64,000 nt of DNA from contig JBGPHC010000010.1 of assembly GCA_041484195.1 (NCBI GenBank), positions 28,468 through 92,467 of the forward strand, given 5' to 3'. Positions within the stretch are counted from its first letter, which is position 1. Each line of letters opens with the position of its first letter. Source of the DNA: Agriterribacter sp. GTDB lineage: Bacteria > Bacteroidota > Bacteroidia > Chitinophagales > Chitinophagaceae. The position numbers were made by a program, and so were the translations under genes. Positions 1 to 10,375 of the stretch are shown here, piece after piece. The notes below the pieces were generated by a model. It saw nothing but the letters and a program-made list of their open reading frames with translations. It was not told the origin of the DNA and did not search any database.

Positions 1-47
1 TATTCATCAAAATTTAATGGTTGGCTTCTTACTTGCTGAACAGGAGT

Positions 48-1925
48 CTACTTCAGTTCCAGGACCAGCAGGTATTTCGGCCCAATGGTAAGGCTTGACT
101 GAAGAGGAAATGAAGTTCCAGTGGATACATCCATCGCGGCATTGAAGTTCTTCATCCTTTCAGAAAACCTGGATAGCTGGATGGTCGCTTCGGAATTATT
201 ACTGTTCAAAATACACATTACTGTCTTTTGATTGTCATACCTGAAATACACATACACTCCGTTTTCCGGTACATATTGCATCAGCTTTCCAGTCTTAATG
301 GCGCTTGAGCTTTTCCGATAGTTAGCAAGAGTTCGAATATATTGGAATGCTTCATTTTCCTGGGCCGTTCGGCCGGATGCGTCAAATTTATTCACTGGAT
401 CGCCAGTCCAGCCTCCGGGGAAATCCTTTCGCACTTCGGCATCGGTAGGGTTCCTGAAGTTTTTCATAAGGATCTCTGTGCCATAGTAGATTTCAGGAAT
501 GCCCCGTTGGGTGAGCAATAAGGCAATGCCCATCTTATACCTGGCAAGGTCCTCTCCCACCACCGAGTAGAAACGATCCATATCATGATTGTCCAGAAAA
601 ATGCAATTGCGCATGGGATTCTTATATAGGAGGTCTTGTTCCAGAGTGACATAAACACGGTTCACACCCTCATTCCATCCGAATGGCTGGTTCATTGCGT
701 CCAGCATTGCATAGGTCATTGGAAAATCGGTAATTCCCTGGAGGTTGTGCTTGAATGGGACATTGAGATTATTCTCGGAAAAATAGGCAGCTTCAGGAAC
801 TGTGTTCACAGAAGTTTCACCGAATATACTGAGTCGTGGAAACTCTTTGGTGAGCGCCAGGTTGATCCTGTTCAGAAAAGAAGGGTCGTTGTAGAAATAA
901 GTGTCCACCCTCCAGCCGTCGATGCCATATTCCTCGGTAGCCCAGATGGAGTATTGAATCAGGAAATTGGCTACATAAGGATTGCGCTGGTTCAGGTCCG
1001 GTAAGAATCGTGTGAACCATCCGTCTGTCGTGATCTTCCTGTCTATCGTTGAAGCATAGGGGTCAACCAGGGTCTGGTCTTTGTAGGAAGTGTTGGTGTA
1101 ATCAGGCCATTGGTTGAGCCAGTCACTCATGGGCAGGTCTTTTATAAACCAATGGTCAATGCCTACATGATTATACACGGCATCCTGGATTACCTTAAGT
1201 CCCTTGCCATGTGCTGCATTAATGAGTTGTTTGTAAGCATCGTCACCGCCGAGCCTCCTGTCAATCTTGTAATGATCCGTAAAGGCATAGCCATGGTAGG
1301 TGCTCCTGGAAGTCCCTCCTTCCGCAGTTCTTGCCATGTCATTTTCAACGACCGGCGTCATCCAAACCGCGGTAACACCAAGGTCCTTCAGGTAGTCGAG
1401 ATGGTTGGTAACGCCTTGCAGGTCCCCGCCATGGCGGTCGAATGGATTGTTCCTGTCGTGGCCGGCATCCCGCATATCCAAAAAAAAATCATTGGAAGGA
1501 TGCCCATTGGAGAACCTGTCGGGCATCAGGAGATAGATCAAATCAGAGGAATTCACACCCAACACCCTGCTTTGGCCATCCCCGCTGTTCCTGGCCTGGA
1601 GCTCGTAACTGAGATTATAGGAAGCTGCAGGATCAGGATTGGAAATTTTGATGGTGAACTTGCCCGGTTTGGTTGATGAGCTTATCAACAGGTCCAGGAA
1701 AAGATAATTCGGGTTCGAGACCTTATTGATTTTTTTGAGTGTGACTCCGGGATAATTTATCGTTACCGAACTGTGGGCTATGCTTATGTTTTGGGCATGC
1801 ACCAGCAACTGGAGGTTGGGGCTCTTCATGCCGGTCCACCAATGCGTGGGATTGATGCGTATATCCTGCGCATAGGATGCCAGTACCTGAAAAATGATAA
1901 GCGCGAAGAATAATTTCTTTTTCAT
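48..1925 (-). CDS. Secreted GH13 alpha-amylase-family enzyme (cyclomaltodextrinase/neopullulanase-like)
   Basis: 625-aa ORF with signal peptide MKKKLFFALIIFQVLASYAQ. GH13 conserved regions are present: DAVYNHVG (I), GWRVDTYFY (II), FGETS (III), FLDNHDMDRF (IV). Confidence 0.9.
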   Translation of the reverse strand: MKKKLFFALIIFQVLASYAQDIRINPTHWWTGMKSPNLQLLVHAQNISIAHSSVTINYPGVTLKKINKVSNPNYLFLDLLISSSTKPGKFTIKISNPDPAASYNLSYELQARNSGDGQSRVLGVNSSDLIYLLMPDRFSNGHPSNDFFLDMRDAGHDRNNPFDRHGGDLQGVTNHLDYLKDLGVTAVWMTPVVENDMARTAEGGTSRSTYHGYAFTDHYKIDRRLGGDDAYKQLINAAHGKGLKVIQDAVYNHVGIDHWFIKDLPMSDWLNQWPDYTNTSYKDQTLVDPYASTIDRKITTDGWFTRFLPDLNQRNPYVANFLIQYSIWATEEYGIDGWRVDTYFYNDPSFLNRINLALTKEFPRLSIFGETSVNTVPEAAYFSENNLNVPFKHNLQGITDFPMTYAMLDAMNQPFGWNEGVNRVYVTLEQDLLYKNPMRNCIFLDNHDMDRFYSVVGEDLARYKMGIALLLTQRGIPEIYYGTEILMKNFRNPTDAEVRKDFPGGWTGDPVNKFDASGRTAQENEAFQYIRTLANYRKSSSAIKTGKLMQYVPENGVYVYFRYDNQKTVMCILNSNNSEATIQLSRFSERMKNFNAAMDVSTGTSFPLQSSLTIGPKYLLVLELK

Positions 1926-1929
1926 ATTG

Positions 1930-3333
1930 TTAGACTAAGACCGGTTGAATGCGTTCCTCTTTTATGCGAACGGCGCCCGCATCAAATACGAACAATACGC
2001 TGATGGCGGCACAAATCATGAAAAACCCGGCGAGTACTATTGCGTAAATGGCAGAACCACCATAAATATGTTTTACGATCCAACCCCCAAATAATCCATT
2101 GACAATTTGGGGAAGCGTAATAAAAAAATTGAAAATGCCCATATAGATGCCCAGTTTTCCGGCGGGTATGGATCCCGAGAGGATCACGTATGGCATAGCC
2201 AGGATACTTGCCCAGGCAAGTCCCACACCTACCATGGAATACTTTAGCATGGCCGGATCTTTAATGAAGAAAACGGATATGAGGCCAATCCCACCGGCAA
2301 TCAAAGAAAATGCATGAGTGAGTTTCCTGCCAATACGTTTGGCTATCACCGGTAGCAAGAGCGCGTAGAACATGGCCACCAGGTTATACACGCCGAAAGC
2401 GGCACTCACTTTATTTCCGGCTTCATTGTATTGAATGGACTTTGTGTAGTCTCCTGTCAGTCCGTACACATGGGTGGCCACTGCGTCTGTCGTAAACACC
2501 CACATTGAAAACAGGGCGAACCAACTGAAGAACTGAACCAGGCCCAATTGACGCATGGTACGGGGCATGCCTTTGAAGTCCCTGAGGATTTCACTCAGAC
2601 CTTCCTTTTTTGCTTTTTCTGGCTTGCCATGATATTTTTCATATTCCGCCGGGGGGTACTCTCTACTGAAGAAAATGGTAACGAGGATAGCTGCAATAAA
2701 CACAGCAGCACCTATATAAAATGAATATTTAATATTGTCGGCCACGCCGTCCTTACCAGCTTCCATACTGAATCCATGATCGGCCAGGATTCCCGGAAGG
2801 TAGGAGCCGATGACCGCGCCCAATCCAATCAAAAAAGTTTGTATGCTGAAGCCAAGAGTGCGTTGGGATTCTGCAAGATTATCCGCAACGAGGGCCCGAA
2901 AGGGTTCCATGGCAATATTGAATGAAGCATCCATCACCATCACCATTCCAGCCCCGATCCACAGAGCCGGGATCAATCCCGCCATGGATCCGGAATTAGG
3001 AAGAAAGATCAGGGCCGCTGATGACAACAAAGCTCCCGTAAGAAAATAGGGTTTGCGCCGTCCCAACTTATTCCAGGTCTTATCACTGTAATGCCCAATC
3101 AACGGTTGCACAATCATTCCTACAAGCGGGGCCACGATCCAGAACAAGGGAAGCTGATCCACATCGGCGCCAAAAGAGCGGAGGATGCGACTCGTATTTC
3201 CGTTTTGCAAGGCGAATCCAAATTGTATCCCAAAGAATCCAAAACTCATCGTGAATATCTGCCAAATATTCAGGCGTGGCTTGGCATGTAATTTATGAGA
3301 TGCTGCTTTTGCTGTACGAGTCGTGAAAGACAT
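1930..3333 (-). CDS. MFS/GPH-type sugar:cation symporter (probable maltodextrin/alpha-glucoside importer)
   Basis: 467-aa polytopic ORF with loop motif KLGRRKPYF, typical of GPH/SLC45-like sugar symporters. It ends 4 nt upstream of the GH13 gene on the same strand. Confidence 0.8.
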   Translation of the reverse strand: MSFTTRTAKAASHKLHAKPRLNIWQIFTMSFGFFGIQFGFALQNGNTSRILRSFGADVDQLPLFWIVAPLVGMIVQPLIGHYSDKTWNKLGRRKPYFLTGALLSSAALIFLPNSGSMAGLIPALWIGAGMVMVMDASFNIAMEPFRALVADNLAESQRTLGFSIQTFLIGLGAVIGSYLPGILADHGFSMEAGKDGVADNIKYSFYIGAAVFIAAILVTIFFSREYPPAEYEKYHGKPEKAKKEGLSEILRDFKGMPRTMRQLGLVQFFSWFALFSMWVFTTDAVATHVYGLTGDYTKSIQYNEAGNKVSAAFGVYNLVAMFYALLLPVIAKRIGRKLTHAFSLIAGGIGLISVFFIKDPAMLKYSMVGVGLAWASILAMPYVILSGSIPAGKLGIYMGIFNFFITLPQIVNGLFGGWIVKHIYGGSAIYAIVLAGFFMICAAISVLFVFDAGAVRIKEERIQPVLV

Positions 3334-3442
3334 GGCAATTGTTTATACCCAATAAGCTTTTTTCGAACGGATAATTCTAAATATACAAAAAGAACATCCT
3401 GCCCGGCATGATGATGGCTGAAATAAATTCATTCACATTTCA

Positions 3443-4717
3443 TCAAATTACAAAGCCATCAGGCAGGATCGATCCTTTCTTCACTACCACAATTCCATCC
3501 TTAACAGTGTAAAGAGGGTGGTCGGAATCCTGAAGGTGCGGCCCACCGTTGATCCTGACATCATTTCCTATGCGGCAATTCTTGTCGATGATAGCATTCC
3601 GGATATAACATCTTTCTCCGACACCTATCTTGGGCAATCCTCTTTGCTGCGCATGATTCATATCTTCAATGGTTTCGTAAAAATCACATCCCATGATGTA
3701 GGAGCTGACGATGGTAGTTCCCACGCCAATGCGGGTACGTATTCCCATTACACTGTTTTCAATCCTGGAAGCATTGATGATGCATCCCTCGGCAATTACC
3801 GTTTTCTCCAATGTACTGCCGCTGATCTTGGCAGGCGGCAGCATCCGAGCCCTGGTATAAACAGCTTTGGAATTGTCGAACAGATTGAATGGCGGAATGT
3901 CCTGGGTGAGTGCCAGATTAGCTTCGAAGAAAGAATAAATATTTCCGATATCGGTCCAATATCCGTCGTATTGGTAACTGACAACTTTTTGCTTGCCGAT
4001 GGTAGCGGGTATGATTTCCTTTCCGAAATCCGTCGCATCCCTATTCTCCTCAAGCAACAGGTCGAACAGAATTTTCTTGCTGAAGATATAGATACCCATT
4101 GAGGCAAGATAGATACGCCCGCTTTTCTGCATATCCGCCCCAGTGTCACTCACCCACTTCGGCAGTACATCTTTTTTTGGTTTTTCGATAAAGGCAGTGA
4201 TAAAATGATCTTCATCCGCTTTCAGGATCCCGAATTCAGTCGCTTCCCTTTCCACTACAGGAATGGTGGCAATGCTGATATCGGCTTTTTTGGCAATATG
4301 GCTGTCAAGCATGCCTCCAAAATCCATCTGGTACAATTGATCGCCTGAAAGGATCAAGACATATTCAAATTCCTGCTGCTGCAGGTGCCTGAGGCACTGC
4401 CGTACGGCATCCGCCGTTCCCTGAAACCAACCGGGGTTGTCGGGCGTTTGCTCGGCCGCCAGGATATCTACAAAGGCCGAACTGAAAATGCTGAAATGAT
4501 ATGTGTTCTTGATATGTTTGTTCAGGGATGCCGAATTGAATTGCGTGAGCACAAACATCCTGGTGATTTCCGAATTGAGGCAATTGGAGATGGGAATATC
4601 CACCAAACGATACTTTCCTGCAATGGGAACCGCGGGCTTGCTGCGTGTAGCAGTCAAGGGATACAAACGGGAGCCGGCACCTCCTCCCAGAATTACAGCA
4701 ATCACTCCTTTACGCAT
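3443..4717 (-). CDS. glgC: Glucose-1-phosphate adenylyltransferase
   Basis: Motifs GGGAGSRLYPLT and KPAVPIAGKYRLVDIPISNC, with a C-terminal left-handed beta-helix-like repeat region. I trimmed the start to ATG 4717 (MRKGVIAV...) because the longer ORF (to 4798) would overlap the glgA stop. Confidence 0.9.
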   Translation of the reverse strand: MRKGVIAVILGGGAGSRLYPLTATRSKPAVPIAGKYRLVDIPISNCLNSEITRMFVLTQFNSASLNKHIKNTYHFSIFSSAFVDILAAEQTPDNPGWFQGTADAVRQCLRHLQQQEFEYVLILSGDQLYQMDFGGMLDSHIAKKADISIATIPVVEREATEFGILKADEDHFITAFIEKPKKDVLPKWVSDTGADMQKSGRIYLASMGIYIFSKKILFDLLLEENRDATDFGKEIIPATIGKQKVVSYQYDGYWTDIGNIYSFFEANLALTQDIPPFNLFDNSKAVYTRARMLPPAKISGSTLEKTVIAEGCIINASRIENSVMGIRTRIGVGTTIVSSYIMGCDFYETIEDMNHAQQRGLPKIGVGERCYIRNAIIDKNCRIGNDVRINGGPHLQDSDHPLYTVKDGIVVVKKGSILPDGFVI

Positions 4718-4746
4718 AAAATTCGATTTAGTCAGACTTTCTAAAA

Positions 4747-6162
4747 TTATCTCACACTCTGATAGAGTTCCTGGTATTGTATTACGCTGCTTTCCCAACT
4801 GAAGTCGAGTGCCATCATTTTTTCACGGATGCTATGCAATCTCTTCTTATCGTCGTACAAGGCCATGGCTCTCCAAATGGCATGAGAAAGATCGCCAACA
4901 GAAGCCCAATTGAAAAGGATTCCGTAGCCGTCCGGAACACCAATGTCCACGACAGTATCTTTCAATCCACCCGTACGCCGAACAACTGGAACGGTTCCAT
5001 AGCGCATGGCATACATCTGGTTCAGTCCGCAGGGTTCCACTCTTGAAGGCATCAGGATGAAGTCGGCACCCGCGTACATTTGGTGACTGAGCGTTTCATC
5101 ATATCCGATAAACACATTATAATCATGTTGAGAAAGTCTCTTCAAAGCATTGAGCTGGCCTTCAATTTCCGGAAATCCACTGCCCAGAATCAGAAAGCAC
5201 ATCTTTCTTCCGATATAATAATAGGAGTCACTGATGGCCATCGGAAGAAGATCGGCTCCTTTTTCCCCAACCAGCCTTCCAATGAAAACGATCAGGGGCT
5301 TTTGAGGATCCAGCCCAAATCTTTCGCAAAGAATCAATTTATTTTTTCTCCTGCCTTCGGCTTCTGTATTCCAATTGTAATGCTCCCTGATATAATGATC
5401 CGTTTCAGGATTCCAAATACTTTGGTCAATGCCATTCAAAATCCCTGAACATTTTCCTTTTTCGTATTCGAAGATAGCCTCGAGTCCACTAGCGCTGTGT
5501 TTTAGTTCCTCCAGATAACTCCAGCTCACCGTAGTTACTTTCCAAGCGCACTTGATGCCGGATGCAAGTGGGTTGATGGAATTATTCCAGTCCAACGCAC
5601 CCCATTTCCACGGATCCCAGGGCGGAAGATAATAGCTCTTGTCCCAACTCATCCAGCCTTGGTACTGGGCATTATGAATAGTGAGTATGGTGGGAACCTG
5701 GCTCAGGAACTGGTACTTGTAGCAATACTTGATCATGAAAGGGATCAGTGCTGCATGGTGGTCATGAACATGAATCACATCAGGCTGATGGCCCCAGGCC
5801 GAAATCCAATCAACCACACAGACCTGGAAAGCTGTGAACCTCTCTGTATCGTCCGGGTAGCCATATATTTTTTCACGATCCAGCAAGCCAAAAACATCCA
5901 CGAGATAAAGATCGAATCCAAGTTTATTGGTTTTTTCTTTGATGACAGTGTAGTCGAACCACCAGTCACCCAGGTTGGTCCTGCCCTTATGAACCACATC
6001 CCATTCATTATCCAATAAGAATTTGGTCCTGTACATGGGCATCACCACCTTAGCAAAATGACCCAATTGGCTCTGATATTTAGGCAGGGCTCCCACCACA
6101 TCGCCCAAACCTCCTGCTTTAGCTACCGGGTAACACTCTGCACTAACGTGAATGATCTCCAT
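4747..6162 (-). CDS. glgA: Glycogen (starch) synthase, GT5
   Basis: 471 aa with N-terminal KAGGLGDV (KxGGL) motif and C-terminal RTGGLKDTV and EPCGLNQMYAMRYG motifs. It sits 29 nt upstream of glgC. Confidence 0.9.
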   Translation of the reverse strand: MEIIHVSAECYPVAKAGGLGDVVGALPKYQSQLGHFAKVVMPMYRTKFLLDNEWDVVHKGRTNLGDWWFDYTVIKEKTNKLGFDLYLVDVFGLLDREKIYGYPDDTERFTAFQVCVVDWISAWGHQPDVIHVHDHHAALIPFMIKYCYKYQFLSQVPTILTIHNAQYQGWMSWDKSYYLPPWDPWKWGALDWNNSINPLASGIKCAWKVTTVSWSYLEELKHSASGLEAIFEYEKGKCSGILNGIDQSIWNPETDHYIREHYNWNTEAEGRRKNKLILCERFGLDPQKPLIVFIGRLVGEKGADLLPMAISDSYYYIGRKMCFLILGSGFPEIEGQLNALKRLSQHDYNVFIGYDETLSHQMYAGADFILMPSRVEPCGLNQMYAMRYGTVPVVRRTGGLKDTVVDIGVPDGYGILFNWASVGDLSHAIWRAMALYDDKKRLHSIREKMMALDFSWESSVIQYQELYQSVR

Positions 6163-6511
6163 CCTGCTATTCTATTGATAAGAAAGATTTATAACTGAAT
6201 TTAGGAAGGTTTTTGGTTTATTCAAGCATGTTACAAAGAAAATATTGATTGGGAGTCTGCGGAATCGGGAATGCTGCACTTGGATTTTGATCCGGTGCTG
6301 TGGCATGAAGCGGACTGGAATCGGTGTTCCTGGCAGGGCAGCTCATCCTACCAGCCAACATACAATAAAGACAAGCGATTTATGGTCGGCTATGATGCAC
6401 CCATACCCGAATTTATTTTTTTCCTTAAACGATTGTGATGAATTATTTTTAGCCACCGAATTTTATTTTAACTTTCCCAATCTTTTCTTTTATCAAAACC
6501 ACTGATTGCTC

Positions 6512-8107
6512 ATGAACCAGGCCAAACAACCAACCAACTACAGCGCTTTAGGCACTCTAGTGACTGTTTTCTTTTTCTGGGGTTTTATAGCTGCGTCGAA
6601 TGGCATCTTCATCCCTTTTTGCAAAAGCCATTTTAAGCTGACGCAATTTGAATCACAGTTGATAGATACGGCTTTTTACGGGGCCTATTTTATTGGCTCG
6701 ATGTTATTGTTCATTATTTCTTCTTCCATCCGTGTTGACATATTGAACCGGATCGGATATAAATGGGGAATCATTTGGGGGCTGTTTATTTCGATTGCAG
6801 GAGCATTGTGCATGATACCTGCAGTTAATTCGGGCTCCTTCTATTTTATATTAGGAGCTTTTTTTGTTATCGCATTGGGATTTTCGCTGCAACAAACCGC
6901 TGCTCAGCCTTTCGCGGTATCGCTTGGAGACCCGTCCACCGGCGCCCATCGCTTGAACCTGGGCGGGAGCGTCAATTCATTCGGAACAACATTGGGACCG
7001 TTGATCGTGAGTATTGCATTATTCGGTTCCGTAAAGGAAGGCGCTTCGGCGAATGCGAATATCGGTTCCATAAAGACTATGTATCTGATTGTAGCGGGTG
7101 TATTCTTCCTGGCCGCGATTATTTTCTTCGTTTCCAAATTGCCTAAAACCACCGGAGATGAGCACATTGAAAAAAGCAATAAGGCATTGTCCAGTCTTCT
7201 GATTCTGACAGCCGTTTTGATTGGAATCATAGTGATTGGTCAGGTGACCAGCCTCGGAAAGCTGGCATTGACCACCATGGCGGTTATTGCCGTGTTCATT
7301 ATCCTGTTTCTTTCCTATTCCTCTGCACGCAAGAGTGGGAATGGCTGGGGCGCCATGAAATATCCGCAATTGATTCTCGGTATGCTGGCCATATTTGTAT
7401 ATGTGGGTGTGGAAGTGACAATACAGAGTAACCTGGGAGCCCTGCTCAGAACCCCAGCCTTCGGGAGTAAGAATGAGGCCCATATCTCCCAATATATTTC
7501 ACTCTATTGGGGAAGCCTGATGATCGGCAGATGGACAGCGGCCATTTCCGTTTTCAATCTCAAAAAGAAAACCAGGCAATTGCTTACCGTGATCGTTCCA
7601 TTGATAGCTTTTGCTTTTGTATTATTGGTAAATGTGTTGCGGGGCAATGATGTCAGCGATCTGTATTATTATGTCATCTGCGTTGGCATCATGGTCGCCG
7701 GCACTTTTTATGGCCAGGAAAAACCCGTCAAGACTTTACTGACCTTTACAATTATCGCTACCGGAGCCATGATCATCGGCATGCTGACAACAGGCACCAT
7801 TGCCACTTATGCTTTCATGACCGGAGGTTTATTTTGTTCGGTAATGTGGCCCTGTATTTTTGCCTTAGCCATTGCCGGCCTCGGTAAATATACCAGTGAA
7901 GGATCCGCATTCCTGATCATGATGATCCTGGGTGGAGCAATCATTCCACCAATGCAGGGAGCATTGGCCGATAAGATGACGATTCATTCGTCATATATTG
8001 TCGCAGTTATTTGTTTTGTTTACCTGGCCTGGCATACATTGCAAACCAAAAAGGTATTGCATGCACAGGGCCTCGATTTCGATCAGCAGATCGCCGCTGG
8101 CCATTGA
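6512..8107 (+). CDS. MFS glucose/galactose (FucP/GluP-family) transporter
   Basis: Polytopic ORF with N-terminal FFFWGFIAASNGIFIPF, characteristic of the FucP/GluP family. Start set at ATG 6512; the track start at 6506 is a TTG directly after an in-frame stop. At 531 aa it is longer than I would expect for this family. Confidence 0.8.
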   Translation: MNQAKQPTNYSALGTLVTVFFFWGFIAASNGIFIPFCKSHFKLTQFESQLIDTAFYGAYFIGSMLLFIISSSIRVDILNRIGYKWGIIWGLFISIAGALCMIPAVNSGSFYFILGAFFVIALGFSLQQTAAQPFAVSLGDPSTGAHRLNLGGSVNSFGTTLGPLIVSIALFGSVKEGASANANIGSIKTMYLIVAGVFFLAAIIFFVSKLPKTTGDEHIEKSNKALSSLLILTAVLIGIIVIGQVTSLGKLALTTMAVIAVFIILFLSYSSARKSGNGWGAMKYPQLILGMLAIFVYVGVEVTIQSNLGALLRTPAFGSKNEAHISQYISLYWGSLMIGRWTAAISVFNLKKKTRQLLTVIVPLIAFAFVLLVNVLRGNDVSDLYYYVICVGIMVAGTFYGQEKPVKTLLTFTIIATGAMIIGMLTTGTIATYAFMTGGLFCSVMWPCIFALAIAGLGKYTSEGSAFLIMMILGGAIIPPMQGALADKMTIHSSYIVAVICFVYLAWHTLQTKKVLHAQGLDFDQQIAAGH

Positions 8108-8340
8108 TGATTCGGCAGGCGCTCAATTCAAACAATTGATCCCTGCAAATTATGAGGCGTGCGGGATCGCGAAGCGAATTGCCTGAGATATATTTGCCAT
8201 TGCAAACGGTTCCGGCAAGGGGAGTATTCAGGCAGTCTTGACAAGACTAAGCGGAACCCGGCAATAATAATCTGTTTCATTTATTAATATCAAAATTCAA
8301 ATTGGATATTTTAACTTCCCAGCAGAAAGAGGAACAAATC

Positions 8341-9306
8341 ATGAAACAGGAATATGCCATTGGCATTGACATTGGAGGAACGAATACTGTATTTGGCGTC
8401 GTGGATCACAGAGGCGATATCTTGTACCGGGGTGCGGTTTCTTCGCGCAAGCATGCTAAAGTTGAAAATTATATTGATGAATTACATGCCGCCCTGATGC
8501 CAGCCATAGAACAGGTAGGTGGGATGGAAGCCATTAAAGGAATTGGTATCGGCGCCCCCAATGGCAACTATTATAGTGGCACGATCGAATACGCTCCTAA
8601 TCTGATCTGGAAAGGAGTGATTCCCCTGGCGCAGATGGTTACCGATAAATTTGGAGTTCCCGCGGCATTGACGAATGACGCTAACGCGGCTGCTGTAGGC
8701 GAAATGATGTATGGCGCCGCAAAAGGCATGAAAGATTTTATAATGATCACCCTGGGAACCGGTGTTGGTAGCGGCATCGTAGCCAATGGGCGGCTGGTAT
8801 ATGGTCACGATGGATTTGCAGGTGAACTGGGACATACTACTATCATCCCCAATGGCCGCCTGCATCCCGGCACCAATATGCGAGGTTCATTGGAGACCTA
8901 TGCATCGGCGACAGGTGTGGCCACCACGGCCAGGGAATTCCTTGATGAGCGCCCTAAAGAAGACAGCTTACTGCGAAATTTTCCCAAAGATGAAATTGAT
9001 TCCAGGATCGTGTATGAATGCGCCATCAAGGGCGACAAGATCGCGAAAGACGTGTATGAATTTACGGGAAAGATACTCGGGCTTTCTCTGGCAAATTTTG
9101 TGATGTTTTCTTCCCCGGAAGCAATTATTTTGTTTGGGGGAATGACAAAGGCCGGAGATCTGATCCTGAAGCCCACCAAAAAGCATATGGAAGAAAACCT
9201 GCTTTCAATCTTCAGGAATAAGGTGAAGCTTATATTCAGCGAATTGAATGAGGCCGACGCAGCCATACTGGGTGCAAGCGCCCTGGTATGGGAGCTGAAG
9301 AGTTAG
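8341..9306 (+). CDS. ROK-family sugar kinase (probable glucokinase), lacking the ROK zinc-cysteine motif
   Basis: ATP-binding motif IGIDIGGTN and ROK core GFAGELGH. Start set at ATG 8341 (MKQEYAIGIDIGG). It lies downstream of the glucose transporter gene. Confidence 0.85.
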   Translation: MKQEYAIGIDIGGTNTVFGVVDHRGDILYRGAVSSRKHAKVENYIDELHAALMPAIEQVGGMEAIKGIGIGAPNGNYYSGTIEYAPNLIWKGVIPLAQMVTDKFGVPAALTNDANAAAVGEMMYGAAKGMKDFIMITLGTGVGSGIVANGRLVYGHDGFAGELGHTTIIPNGRLHPGTNMRGSLETYASATGVATTAREFLDERPKEDSLLRNFPKDEIDSRIVYECAIKGDKIAKDVYEFTGKILGLSLANFVMFSSPEAIILFGGMTKAGDLILKPTKKHMEENLLSIFRNKVKLIFSELNEADAAILGASALVWELKS

Positions 9307-9332
9307 AACTCGCGTTTAGGAAATACGATAAA

Positions 9333-10256
9333 TCAATTCTTATTCTTTTCCGCTTCCCATTGCTGCTTTCCGATCCCCGGAAAAACATGACGCTCGCTAT
9401 GGTAAGATGAACGTACCAAGGGTCCGCTTTCAACGTAGTCAAATCCCATTTCATATCCCGCCTGGCGATATTCCGCAAATTCATCAGGATGAGCGAATCG
9501 TATTACGGGCAGGTGATTCCTGGTGGGCTGGAGGTATTGGCCCAGGGTAATCACATCTACGCCACTTTCACGAAGATCTCTCATTGTCTGCAGAACTTCT
9601 TCTTTGTTTTCTCCCAATCCCAGCATGATGCCGGATTTTGTACGTGCGTTTTTTTCTTTCAGAAATTTCAGCACTTCCATGCTCCTGCGATACTTAGCCT
9701 GAATCCGAACCTGCCTCGTGAGCCTTTCCACTGTTTCAATATTGTGTGATATTACTTCAGGAGCGGCGTCAATTATTCGCTGCAGGTTTTCTTTCTCGCC
9801 TTTGAAATCGGGGATCAAAGTTTCCAGCGAGGTACCCGGATTCAGCGATTTAACTGCTTTGATAGTATTGTACCAGATAATGCTGCCCCCGTCTTTGATC
9901 TCGTCTCTGTCAACCGAGGTGATTACGGCATGCTTCACTTTCATTAAATGGATGGCTTCGGCCACGCGTTGGGGTTCATCCCAGTCAACTGCCTCCGGTT
10001 TGCCGGTAGCCACTGCGCAAAATCCGCAACTGCGGGTGCAGATATTTCCTAAAATCATGAAAGTTGCTGTACCCGCTCCCCAGCATTCGCCCATATTGGG
10101 GCAATTGCCGCTTTCGCAAATAGTATGCAGTTTGTGTGTGTCAACAAGGCTGCGTACATTCTTATATGATTCCCCAATCGGAAGCTTCACTCTCAACCAA
10201 TCCGGCTTCTTAGGCCTTTGCGGTTCAGAGCTATCTATTACTGTTAGTTCTTTCAT
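9333..10256 (-). CDS. lipA: Lipoyl synthase
   Basis: 307 aa with CPNMGECW and the radical-SAM motif [10 protein letters not shown]. Confidence 0.95.
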   Translation of the reverse strand: MKELTVIDSSEPQRPKKPDWLRVKLPIGESYKNVRSLVDTHKLHTICESGNCPNMGECWGAGTATFMILGNICTRSCGFCAVATGKPEAVDWDEPQRVAEAIHLMKVKHAVITSVDRDEIKDGGSIIWYNTIKAVKSLNPGTSLETLIPDFKGEKENLQRIIDAAPEVISHNIETVERLTRQVRIQAKYRRSMEVLKFLKEKNARTKSGIMLGLGENKEEVLQTMRDLRESGVDVITLGQYLQPTRNHLPVIRFAHPDEFAEYRQAGYEMGFDYVESGPLVRSSYHSERHVFPGIGKQQWEAEKNKN

Positions 10257-10375
10257 CTCCTGATTGCTGATTTAGATTGCATTATTTTCACAGACTTCAT
10301 CAAGCCAAATCCAATCTTCACTACTAATTCTCCGGCTAGGTCTCTGAAAACAAATAATTCACAAAATTAGGGCAG

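Noticed and set aside
1480-1488. A9/T9 homopolymer inside the GH13 coding sequence (encoding FFL), considered as a possible phase-variation tract.
   Set aside because: It is a single moderate-length run in a metabolic gene. Similar A-runs occur in non-coding parts of the window, and no evidence of variability is available from one sequence.
6245-6505. 86-aa ORF directly abutting the transporter gene start.
   Set aside because: It sits in the divergent promoter region. The Cys/Trp/Arg-rich sequence is unlike a protein, and the ORF ends at the stop codon that immediately precedes the TTG artefact start of the next track ORF.
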